Shown: in pieces, positions 45,330-54,077 of the stretch | Layout: each line of letters opens with the position of its first letter | How positions within the stretch are numbered: position 1 is the first letter of the stretch | Assembly (NCBI GenBank): GCA_040218735.1 | Contig: JAVJQW010000041.1 | Span: forward strand, 192,001-256,000 | Source of the DNA: Deltaproteobacteria bacterium | Lineage (GTDB): Bacteria; Myxococcota; Kuafuiibacteriia; Kuafuiibacteriales; Kuafuiibacteriaceae | Length of the DNA: 64,000 bases | Direction of reading: 5' to 3' | Made by a program: the position numbers and the translations under genes | The notes under the pieces: generated by a model | What the model was told of the DNA's origin: nothing | Databases searched by the model: none | Seen by the model: the letters and a program-made list of their open reading frames with translations, nothing else

Positions 45330-48253
45330 CGCCGCCGCCGCACCACGAGGCCGAGCACGAGCAGGAGCGCGACCGCTGCACCGCCGCGCCGGTCGGTCGT
45401 CGAGCAGCCGCAGCCGCTCCCGTCCTCGTCGAGCATGTTCGCGTTCGGATCGATCGCCGGCGTCACGATGCAGGAAGCCTCGCAGCCGTCGCCGTCCACG
45501 GTGTTGCCGTCGTCGCAGGCTTCGTTCATCTCCACCGCGCCGTTGCCGCAGATCGGCGCCGGGCTGATCGTGCAGTCGAGCTCGCAGCCGTCCAGCGGGA
45601 GCTGGTTGCCGTCGTCGCAGGCCTCACCCTGGCCGACTTCGCCGTCGCCGCACACCACGGAGGGGCCGTCCCACGCCACGATGCAGACGTCGTCGATCGT
45701 CCAGCCGCCGGTGTCGCTCCGGAACTGATCCGTGCGCATCGAGAACTCGACGTTCACTTCGCCCGAGGCGGCCGCCGCGCTCAGGTCGACGTCGTGGAAG
45801 CGCCACTCGCGGTCGAGGTGGTGCACGCGGTCGCCGCCGCTCGCGAGGTTCGACCAGACGACCTCGCCGTTGGCGTAGATCTCCGCCTGGTCGTTGTCGC
45901 CGTCTTCGACGAGCAGCCAACGCCGGTACTGGAGCCGGATGTTCGGGGAGGTCACCGGGATCGGCGGCGCACGCATGACCTCGGTCTTCGCGCGCTCGTA
46001 CCGACCGTCGCTGTCGCCGCCGAGGTCCTGCCCGATGACCCGCGTGCCGGAGTAGGCCGTCAGCGGATCGCCGCTGCCCCAACCCTCGCGCGGGATGCCC
46101 CACTCCCACTCCAGCTGGTTGCGCTGGCGATCGGACTGGGTCATCTCGGCGGTCCAACCGTCCGCGAAGGGATCGTTCTCGAAGTCGGTGCAGTACAGCT
46201 CCGTCACCTCGCCGAGGAACATCTCGTACATCGGGTCGGCGTCGTTGTTCGGCCACTGGAGGATGCGCCCGCTGCCGAGCTCGAGCTCGATGCGGTAGCG
46301 GAGCACCTCGCCCTCAGGGCTCCTCGGTAGGACGGCGCCGAAGCCGTCCGGCGTACGCGCCATGTCGACCTCGGTGTAGGTCTCGGGCTGCCCGCGGATC
46401 TCGTGGGTGACCGTCGCGCGAACGTACTCGGCGCCCGGGCAGAGCGCCTCACCCGCGCTGACCGGCAGCAGGATGCCGCCGCGCTCGACGATCATCTCCC
46501 CGAGCTCCGGCCCCGGCGTGTAGCCGAGCGCGATCCCGTGCAGCTCGAACGCCGCCGTGATGTCGCAGAGGTTCGGCGTCCCGTTCGAGAGGTTCCCGTC
46601 GTCGTCGTCCGCGAGCACGACCTCGACGTAGGCGTTCGTGATCCCGCTCGAGCGCTGCAGCGTGGCGAACCAGAAGTCGTCGACCATCCGCACCGCCGTC
46701 TCCATGCCGTGTTTCTCGATCATCGTCTTGCGCAGGTCCCACAGCGCGCCCGCGAAGATCAGGCCCGTGACGTGCGACTCACCGACGTCCTCCGGGTAGA
46801 CGGCTTCGTCGTTGAGGGGGTCGATGTGGCGGAGCGGGTCGTCGGTGCGGAAGAAGCCGCGCCCCATGCCCGGGTCGTTGACGATCGTCGCCGCGAGGAA
46901 GTCCGAGGCGCCCTCGGAGAGCGCGGAGTCGAACGCACCGACGCCCGGGATGACGGCGTTGGCGTGGACCGCGTGACCGTACTCGTGGCGCACGACGTCG
47001 GGGAGGCGCCCCGTGTTCTCGCAGCGCTCGCTCGACAGGAAGAAGTTGATCGTCATGCCGTCCGAGAACGCGTTGCACTCGTTGTCGATGTTCACGGTCG
47101 CCTCGAGCGGCTGGTCCAGGAACCGCATCGTCGGCGCGATGACCTTCACGTAGTCGCGTGCGTCCTGCGACGCCATGTACGTGATCACCTGGGCGTCGAC
47201 CTCTTCGTCGCCGCGCGGATCCCAGATCACGGTGCCGCCGTCCTCGACGGGGAGCGTCGCGGAGGCTTCGGGGCCGGAGTCGTTCAGCACGAAGGCGTGG
47301 CGACCCGATGCGCGCACGACGACCTCGGTCGTGCTCGCGGTGAACGTGAAGGCGCCGTCGGCGTCGGTGCGGACGTCCGTGCCGGCGATCGTCATGTCGG
47401 TGAGCGGCGCGACGTGGTTCACGCGCGGGAAGAGCTCGGTCGGGCGACGCCCGGGGATCGCGTACTGGAGGTTCGCGCCCGCGAACATCAGCGTCTGGCG
47501 GCGCGCGAAGCGGTCACCGTCGAGCGTGACGTCGACCTCCCACCGGCCGATGTTCTCGGTGGTGCGGACGATGACGCGGCGGACGCGCGCGGCGCGGACG
47601 GTGCCGTCCTCGAGCACCACGGCGCGGACGAGCGGCGCCGACACGTGCTCGATGCGGCCCGCCTCGCCGATGTCGTCGAAGACCCACTGCTTCGCGACGT
47701 TCGCGGCCGCGATCGAGGAGAGCGTCTGCTTCGCGGCGGGGACCGCGAGGTTCGGCCAGGCTTCGCCGCGCAGGACGACGAGGCGATCGTGTTTGAAGGA
47801 GAAGCTCACCTGTCCGCCGTCGACGCGCAGGCCTTCGTGGTTCTGCACGAAGCCGACGCTGCGCACGCCGTCCTTGGACAGCACGTTGGCGGACAGCTCG
47901 AAGTCCTCGGCGCGCGCGCCCGGGGCGAGCAGGTCGATGTGCGTACGCAGCGCGCTGCGGGCGAAGGTCTCGGCGACGGTTTTGTCGGCGACGCTGCCCG
48001 GCGCGGGGATGCCGGAGCCCCAGATGCGGGGGGGGGCACCGGTGTCGGCGTCGTAGATCGCCCGCCATCGTCCGCCGGCGGCGTCGACGAAGCGGTCCCA
48101 GGCCGCCTTGTCGCGGGGGCTCGCGGCGACGCGGGGGGCCGAGCGAGCGGTGCCCTCACCGAGCGTGGTGACGGTGGGCGAGCTGGATTGGAAGGCGGCC
48201 GCGGGGGAAGCGACGGCGACGCCGATCAGGGCCAAGGCGAGCTTGCGGATCAT
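45326..48253 (-). CDS. Secreted M4/M36-like zinc metallopeptidase with Cys-rich repeats and MYXO-CTERM sorting signal
   Basis: Signal peptide, FTP-like propeptide, HEYGH..ALSEGASDF, H..G.IF.GALWDLR, CGDG..GEACDDGN repeats, GCGCST-TM-RRRR tail. Confidence 0.85.
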   Translation of the reverse strand: MIRKLALALIGVAVASPAAAFQSSSPTVTTLGEGTARSAPRVAASPRDKAAWDRFVDAAGGRWRAIYDADTGAPPRIWGSGIPAPGSVADKTVAETFARSALRTHIDLLAPGARAEDFELSANVLSKDGVRSVGFVQNHEGLRVDGGQVSFSFKHDRLVVLRGEAWPNLAVPAAKQTLSSIAAANVAKQWVFDDIGEAGRIEHVSAPLVRAVVLEDGTVRAARVRRVIVRTTENIGRWEVDVTLDGDRFARRQTLMFAGANLQYAIPGRRPTELFPRVNHVAPLTDMTIAGTDVRTDADGAFTFTASTTEVVVRASGRHAFVLNDSGPEASATLPVEDGGTVIWDPRGDEEVDAQVITYMASQDARDYVKVIAPTMRFLDQPLEATVNIDNECNAFSDGMTINFFLSSERCENTGRLPDVVRHEYGHAVHANAVIPGVGAFDSALSEGASDFLAATIVNDPGMGRGFFRTDDPLRHIDPLNDEAVYPEDVGESHVTGLIFAGALWDLRKTMIEKHGMETAVRMVDDFWFATLQRSSGITNAYVEVVLADDDDGNLSNGTPNLCDITAAFELHGIALGYTPGPELGEMIVERGGILLPVSAGEALCPGAEYVRATVTHEIRGQPETYTEVDMARTPDGFGAVLPRSPEGEVLRYRIELELGSGRILQWPNNDADPMYEMFLGEVTELYCTDFENDPFADGWTAEMTQSDRQRNQLEWEWGIPREGWGSGDPLTAYSGTRVIGQDLGGDSDGRYERAKTEVMRAPPIPVTSPNIRLQYRRWLLVEDGDNDQAEIYANGEVVWSNLASGGDRVHHLDREWRFHDVDLSAAAASGEVNVEFSMRTDQFRSDTGGWTIDDVCIVAWDGPSVVCGDGEVGQGEACDDGNQLPLDGCELDCTISPAPICGNGAVEMNEACDDGNTVDGDGCEASCIVTPAIDPNANMLDEDGSGCGCSTTDRRGGAAVALLLVLGLVVRRRR

Positions 48254-48366
48254 GTATGGCGGACGCTTGTGGTCGACGTGGCTCGTCGAAGCAAGCGAAT
48301 TGCGAGTCGGTCGGTCGTCCGAGGCGACCCTTCCCCACCTTTTGGGCCTGTGGCAGCGTGCGCGCC

Positions 48367-50106
48367 GTGCACGTCCTCGTCATCAACTGCGGCTCCTCCA
48401 GCGTGAAGTACCGACTCCTCGAACCCGACTCGGGCGCGGTCGCGGTGAGCGGGAAGATCGAGCGTGTGGCGGCCGACGGGTTCGAAGCCGCGGTCGCCGA
48501 GGTCCTCCAAGCCTGCGCGGATCATCGGATCGACGCGGTGGGTCATCGGGTCGTCCACGGCGGGGATCGCTTCTTCGAGGCCACGCGGATCGACGCGGAG
48601 GTCGAAGGCGCCATCGAGGCCAACGTCCCGCTCGCGCCGCTGCACAACCCCGCGAACCTCGCGGGCATCCGCGCCGCCCGCGCCGCGCTCCCCGACGCGG
48701 TGCACGTCGCGGTGTTCGACACCGCGTTCCACAACCGGATGCCCCGCCGCGCGACGACCTACGCGATCGATCCCGAGGCGCTCCCCGGCGCGCGTCGGTT
48801 CGGCTTTCACGGGACGTCGCACCAGTACGTCGCGAAGCTCGCCGCCGAGCACCTGCGCCGACCCATCGAAGAGCTCCGCCTGATCAGCTGCCACCTCGGC
48901 AACGGCGCGAGTGTCTGCGCCGTCGAGTACGGCCACTCCGTCGAGACGAGCATGGGCATGACCCCGCTGGAGGGCCTCGTGATGGGCACCCGCAGCGGCG
49001 ACCTCGATCCCGGGCTCGTCCTCTCCCTCGCGCGCGCACACGGGGTCGACGAGACCGACGCGCTGCTCAACCAGACCAGCGGGCTCTCGGGGCTGTCGGG
49101 CGTGGGGCGCGACCTGCGCGACGTCGAGGCGGCGGCCGAAGCGGGCAACGACCGCGCGCGCCTCGCGATCACGGTCTTCGCGCACCGCGTGAAGAAGTAC
49201 ATCGGCGCGTACGCAGCGACGATGGGTGGCGTCGACGCCATCGTGTTGACCGGCGGCATCGGCGAGAACGCCGCAGCGATGCGACGCCGCATCCTGCAGC
49301 GCCTCGACTGGTTCGGCGTCGTGCTCGACGAGGACCGCAACGCCGCCGCGCGGGTCTCCGACGAAGAGCCGGTGTTCGAGGTCAGCGCGGCCAACGCACG
49401 CACCAAGGCGCTGGTGGTGAAGACCAACGAGGAGCGGCGTATCGCGCAGGAGACGGCGGAGGTCGTCCGCGGCGCGCACGACGTCGCCGCGAAGAAGCCG
49501 ATCCCGATCGCGGTGAGCGCGCGACACCTCCACCTCACGAAGGAGACGTTTGCGTCGCTGTTCGGCCCCGACGCCGAGCTCACGAAGTACAAGGACATCT
49601 CGCAGCCCGGCCAATACGCGAGCGAGCAGAAGGTCACGCTCGTCGGGCCGCGCGCGCGCATCGAAGGGGTGCGAGTGCTCGGTCCGCTGCGGCCGAAGAA
49701 CCAGGTCGAGATCTCGCGCACCGACGAGTTCAAGCTCGGGGTCGACGCGCCGGTCCGGCGCTCCGGCCACGTCGAGGCCTCCGCCCCCATCACGCTGGAG
49801 GGCCCGGCCGGGACGGTGCACCTGGAGGAGGGCCTGATCTGCGCCTGGCGCCACATCCACATGACGCCCGAGGACGCCGAGCTGCACGGCGTGAAGAACG
49901 GCGACAACGTCGAGGTCGCGGTTCGCGGCGGGCCTCGGGACCTCGTGTTCGGCGACGTCCTGGTCCGCGTGAGCGAGAAGTACGTGACCGAGATGCACAT
50001 CGACACCGACGAAGCCAACGCCGCCGAGATCATGCGCGGCGCGGGCGGCGAGCTGATCTACACCCCGGCCGATACCGCGACCGCCGGCATCACGAGTAAG
50101 AGATGA
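48367..50106 (+). CDS. ackA: Acetate/propionate kinase fused to PduL-type phosphotransacylase
   Basis: VLVINCGSSSVKY, GHRVVHGG, APLHN, FDTAFH, GFHGTSH, HLGNGAS, TSMGMTPLEG, TGGIGEN, TNEE; then VSARHLHL, SQPGQYA, VRVLGPLR..QVEISRTD, RHIHM, MHIDTDEANAA. Confidence 0.93.
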   Translation: MHVLVINCGSSSVKYRLLEPDSGAVAVSGKIERVAADGFEAAVAEVLQACADHRIDAVGHRVVHGGDRFFEATRIDAEVEGAIEANVPLAPLHNPANLAGIRAARAALPDAVHVAVFDTAFHNRMPRRATTYAIDPEALPGARRFGFHGTSHQYVAKLAAEHLRRPIEELRLISCHLGNGASVCAVEYGHSVETSMGMTPLEGLVMGTRSGDLDPGLVLSLARAHGVDETDALLNQTSGLSGLSGVGRDLRDVEAAAEAGNDRARLAITVFAHRVKKYIGAYAATMGGVDAIVLTGGIGENAAAMRRRILQRLDWFGVVLDEDRNAAARVSDEEPVFEVSAANARTKALVVKTNEERRIAQETAEVVRGAHDVAAKKPIPIAVSARHLHLTKETFASLFGPDAELTKYKDISQPGQYASEQKVTLVGPRARIEGVRVLGPLRPKNQVEISRTDEFKLGVDAPVRRSGHVEASAPITLEGPAGTVHLEEGLICAWRHIHMTPEDAELHGVKNGDNVEVAVRGGPRDLVFGDVLVRVSEKYVTEMHIDTDEANAAEIMRGAGGELIYTPADTATAGITSKR

Positions 50107-52019
50107 GCGTGCGCTTCGGTTGGCTCGTCGGCGTCGCCGTCCTCCTCTCCCTCGTCGGCTCGGACGCCGGCGCTGCGCCGGCTTCGTTCGAGGTCGAGTG
50201 GCCCGCACGGCGCGTCTGGGTCGGCGCCGAAGGGGTCGAAGGCATCCGCGTGATCGCGCGGGACGCCCGCGGCGGCGTGGATACTTCGTTCGCGGGGCCG
50301 CTGCGCATCGAGGGCCTCACCGGCACGTCGTCCCTCGCCGCCGAGGGCGGCGTCGTGAAGGTGCCGCCGACGACGATCGAAGCCGAGACCCTGGTGCTCT
50401 CGGGCGACGGCGCTCGGTCGGAGATCGGCGTCGCTGCGTTGGGCGGGGCGTGGACGCTGCTCCCCGCGTTCCTCGCGATCGCGCTCGCGCTGATCACGAG
50501 GCAGGTGTTGCTCTCGCTGTTCGGCGGGGTGTTCCTCGGTGCGGCGCTCCTGCACGGGAGCTTCTGGCAGGCGTTCCCGCGTTCGTTGGACCTGGTCGTC
50601 GGCGTGACGGCGGACCCGGACAAACTCAAGATCATCACGTTCACGATGTTGATGGGCGGGCTCGTCGGCATCATCAGCAACAACGGCGGCACGGCCGGCA
50701 TCGTCGACAAGATCGCGAAGCGCGCGACGAGCGCCCGCTCGGGTGCGCTCGCGACGTGGGGCATGGGGATGCTCGTGTTCTTCGACGACTACGCGTCGTC
50801 GCTGTTGATCGGTACGACGATGCGTCCGGTCACGGACCGCTTCAAGATCTCGCGCGAGAAGCTCTCGTACATCGTCGACTCCACCGCCGCGCCGATCTCC
50901 AGCCTCGCGCTGATCTCCACGTGGGTCGGCTACGAGGTGAGTGTCCTCGGCGACGCGCTGAAGGCCGCGGGGATCGACCGTGACCCGTACGAGGTCTTCA
51001 TCGCGGGGATCTCGTCGCGCTTCTACCCGATCTACGCGCTGATCTTCGTGTTCATCGTCGCGTGGATGCAGAAGGACTTCGGGCCGATGCTCGCGGCGGA
51101 GCGGCGTGCGTTCAAGGAAGGCAAGCTCATCCGCGACGGCGGCGCGCCGCTGATGGACGCGGGGCTCGTCGCGGAGGCCGACAAGATGAAGGCCGCCGCG
51201 CCGAAGTGGTGGATGGCGGCCGTCCCGCTCGTCGTGTTGGTCGGGACGGTGATCGTCGTCCTCCTCTACACCGGCCTCGCCGCCGCCGAGCTCGACCCCG
51301 ACGGCTTCGCGGCCGCGCGCGCGGAGGGGGCGGTGCGGGTGCTCGGCTACATCCTGTCGAACGCTGCGTCCTACGACGCGCTGGTGTACGCGGGCGCGGC
51401 GTCGAGCGGTGTCGCGTTCTTCATGTCGGCGCGCTCGATGGGTCTCACGCCGTTGATCGACGCGTTTGTCAGCGGCCTGCGCGCGATGACACTCGCGGTG
51501 GTGGTGCTCTGCCTCGCGTGGTCGATCGGCAAGGTGATGACGGACCTGTACGCCGGGGACTTCGTCGCGACGCTGATCGGCGGCGCGCTCCCGGCGTGGT
51601 CGATCGGTGCGATCACGTTCGTGCTCGCGGCGGTCATCGCGTTTGCGACCGGGACGTCGTGGGGGACGATGGCGATCCTCTTCCCGATCTCCATCAAGGT
51701 CGTCGCGCTCCACACCGGCTCGCCGGACTTCGAGGCGTACCTGCTCGGCGCGTCGAGCGCGATCCTCGCGGGTGCGGTGTTCGGCGATCACTGCTCGCCG
51801 ATCTCCGACACGACGATCCTCTCGTCGATCGCGTGCGCCGCCGACCACGTCGACCACACGCGCACGCAGGCGGCGTACTCGGTGGTGTGCGGCGCGGTCG
51901 CGATCGTCGTCGGCTACATCCCGTTCGGGTTGGGGCTGCCGGCGTGGGTGTCGGTGGTCGTGGGTATCGCGTTGCTCGCGGGCATCCTCCAGGTCTTCGG
52001 CAAGTCCCGCGAAGCCTGA
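50103..52019 (+). CDS. Na+/H+ antiporter NhaC-family protein with N-terminal extracytoplasmic domain
   Basis: FFDDY, SREKLSYIVDSTAAP, FATGTSWGT, GAVFGDHCSPISDTTILSS, DH.RTQ; ATGA overlap. Confidence 0.92.
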   Translation: MSVRFGWLVGVAVLLSLVGSDAGAAPASFEVEWPARRVWVGAEGVEGIRVIARDARGGVDTSFAGPLRIEGLTGTSSLAAEGGVVKVPPTTIEAETLVLSGDGARSEIGVAALGGAWTLLPAFLAIALALITRQVLLSLFGGVFLGAALLHGSFWQAFPRSLDLVVGVTADPDKLKIITFTMLMGGLVGIISNNGGTAGIVDKIAKRATSARSGALATWGMGMLVFFDDYASSLLIGTTMRPVTDRFKISREKLSYIVDSTAAPISSLALISTWVGYEVSVLGDALKAAGIDRDPYEVFIAGISSRFYPIYALIFVFIVAWMQKDFGPMLAAERRAFKEGKLIRDGGAPLMDAGLVAEADKMKAAAPKWWMAAVPLVVLVGTVIVVLLYTGLAAAELDPDGFAAARAEGAVRVLGYILSNAASYDALVYAGAASSGVAFFMSARSMGLTPLIDAFVSGLRAMTLAVVVLCLAWSIGKVMTDLYAGDFVATLIGGALPAWSIGAITFVLAAVIAFATGTSWGTMAILFPISIKVVALHTGSPDFEAYLLGASSAILAGAVFGDHCSPISDTTILSSIACAADHVDHTRTQAAYSVVCGAVAIVVGYIPFGLGLPAWVSVVVGIALLAGILQVFGKSREA

Positions 52020-52031
52020 TATTTTCTCGGC

Positions 52032-52817
52032 GTGACGAACGTCCTCATCACGGGCGCCGCCTCCCCCGGAGGCATCGGGCGCGCGACGGCGCGCGCCTTC
52101 ATCGAAGCCGGCGCGCACCCCATCCTCGTCGACATCGATGAAGCAGGCCTCGCGGACGCCCGCGCGAAGCTCGGCGACGCGGTGACGACACACGTCGCGG
52201 ACCTGTCCGACGCCGCGGCGATCGCTGCGCTCGTGGAGCAGCTCGACGGGGTCACGCTCGACGCGTTGATCAACAACGCGGCGCGCGTGGAGCGGGTGCC
52301 GTTCGACGCGATGACCCCCGAGAAGTGGCGGCACCTCACTTCGGTGAACCTGGACGCGGCGGTCGAGCTGACCCGGCTCTGCCTGCCGCTCCTGGAGCGC
52401 TCGGCGGCGCCCTCGGTCGTGAACCTCTCCTCCGTGATGGGCGGGCCGTGGGGCTGGGGTCAGCACGTCCACTACAGCGCAGCGAAGGGCGCGCTGGAGG
52501 CGGCGACGCGCGCGCTCGCGGTCGAGCTCGGGCCGCGCGGGATACGCGTGAATGCGATCGCGCCGGGGTTCATCGCGACCGCGCAGAGCACGGGTGCAGA
52601 GCAGGGGGGCGGCGCGGATCGACTACAGAGCGCGGCGCGGTTCATCCCGCTGCGGAGGATCGGTGTGCCGCCGGAGGTCGCGGAGGTCGTGACGTTCCTG
52701 TGTTCACCCGGCGCGCGCTACATCACGGGCGCGACGCTGGTCGTGGACGGCGGACTGACGCTCGGTGATACGTTTGCGTTGTTCCGGCTGCTCGACGACG
52801 CAAAGGGTGCCGAGTAG
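52032..52817 (+). CDS. Short-chain dehydrogenase/reductase
   Basis: ITGAASPGGIG, LINNAA, NLSS, YSAAK, IRVNAIAPG, VDGG. Confidence 0.93.
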   Translation: MTNVLITGAASPGGIGRATARAFIEAGAHPILVDIDEAGLADARAKLGDAVTTHVADLSDAAAIAALVEQLDGVTLDALINNAARVERVPFDAMTPEKWRHLTSVNLDAAVELTRLCLPLLERSAAPSVVNLSSVMGGPWGWGQHVHYSAAKGALEAATRALAVELGPRGIRVNAIAPGFIATAQSTGAEQGGGADRLQSAARFIPLRRIGVPPEVAEVVTFLCSPGARYITGATLVVDGGLTLGDTFALFRLLDDAKGAE

Positions 52818-52828
52818 GTTCGTTGACG

Positions 52829-54070
52829 ATGAAACCCACGCGCGCCGATCTCGACGAGAGGTTCGCCTCCCCGAGTTACTTCGTCGACCCGTACGACGTG
52901 TATCGCCAGGCGCGCGCCGAGGCTCCGATCTACTGGAGCGAGCTGTTCCACGGGTGGGTCGTCACGAAACACGCAGACGTGGTGCGGACGAAGCGCGACT
53001 TCGACAACTTCGGCAACTCGGGGCGCTACGGGAAGTACGTCGATCGCCTCCCCGAGGACGTGCGCAAGGAGATGGGGCCGCTGTACGAGGCCTGGGACAC
53101 CGGCATCATGCACGCCGACCCGCCGCACCACACGTTCCTTCGGAACATCATGATGCGTGCGCTGACGCCCAAGATGATGCGCGCGATGGAGGAGCGTGTC
53201 TTCGAGCTGCTCGACGAGGCGCTCGACAAGGTGGTGCCGAACGAGCCGTTCGACTTCGTCGAGACCGTCGCGGGGCCGCTGCCGTGTACGATCGTCGCGG
53301 ACCTGATCGGCGTGCCGGCCGAGACGCAGCCGACGTTCCGCAAGTGGGCGAGTGACATCACGGAGTTCGTCATCCGGCCGAACGTCGAGGTCGCGTGGCG
53401 TACGCGCGCGACGATCCTCGAAGCGAAGGCGTGGCTCGAGCGCCTGATGGAAGAACGGCGCGCCGAGCCGCGCGAGGATCTCATCACGGCGTTTGCGTGT
53501 ATGGAGGAGGACGGGCGCCGCATGTCCACGGTGGACGCGCTCTCCAACGCGCGCACGATCATGGTCGCGGGACACGGCACGACGACGTCGCTGCTCGCGG
53601 TGGGGTTGCTGTCGGTGTTGGAGCGGCCCGAGGTCTACGCGGCGATCGCGGAGCCGGTCCGCGCCGGCGACGAGTCGCCGTTGAAGCTCGCGGTCGAGGA
53701 GATGATGCGCTTCGAGTCGCCGCTGCAGCGCGACCAGCGCATCGTGCGTCAGCCCGTGGAGCTCGGTGGCTGCGCGATGTCGCCCGGGGAGCTGGTGTTC
53801 CAGATGCTCGGCGCGGCGCACCGCGACGAGGAGGTCTTCGATCGTCCGGATGACTTCGTGCACGACCGCAACCCGAACAAACACCTCGCGTTCGGCTACG
53901 GCATTCACGCCTGCACGGGGGCGACGCTCGCGCGCATCGAGGCGCGCGTCGTGTTCAAGCGGCTCTTCGAACGGTTCTCGAAGGTGGAGCTCGTCGAGCC
54001 CCGCGAGGCGGTCGCCTGGGAGCGCAGCGTGGTGCGGCTCCCGAAGCGACTCCTCGTCAAGGTGAGTTAG
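52829..54070 (+). CDS. Cytochrome P450
   Basis: DPP.H..LR, I-helix AGHGTT, ExxR (EEMMR), heme motif HLAFGYGIHACTG. Confidence 0.95.
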   Translation: MKPTRADLDERFASPSYFVDPYDVYRQARAEAPIYWSELFHGWVVTKHADVVRTKRDFDNFGNSGRYGKYVDRLPEDVRKEMGPLYEAWDTGIMHADPPHHTFLRNIMMRALTPKMMRAMEERVFELLDEALDKVVPNEPFDFVETVAGPLPCTIVADLIGVPAETQPTFRKWASDITEFVIRPNVEVAWRTRATILEAKAWLERLMEERRAEPREDLITAFACMEEDGRRMSTVDALSNARTIMVAGHGTTTSLLAVGLLSVLERPEVYAAIAEPVRAGDESPLKLAVEEMMRFESPLQRDQRIVRQPVELGGCAMSPGELVFQMLGAAHRDEEVFDRPDDFVHDRNPNKHLAFGYGIHACTGATLARIEARVVFKRLFERFSKVELVEPREAVAWERSVVRLPKRLLVKVS

Positions 54071-54077
54071 AGCTGAG

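Noticed and set aside
52032-54070. SDR plus P450 as a secondary-metabolite cluster
   Set aside because: No PKS, NRPS, terpene synthase or RiPP precursor nearby
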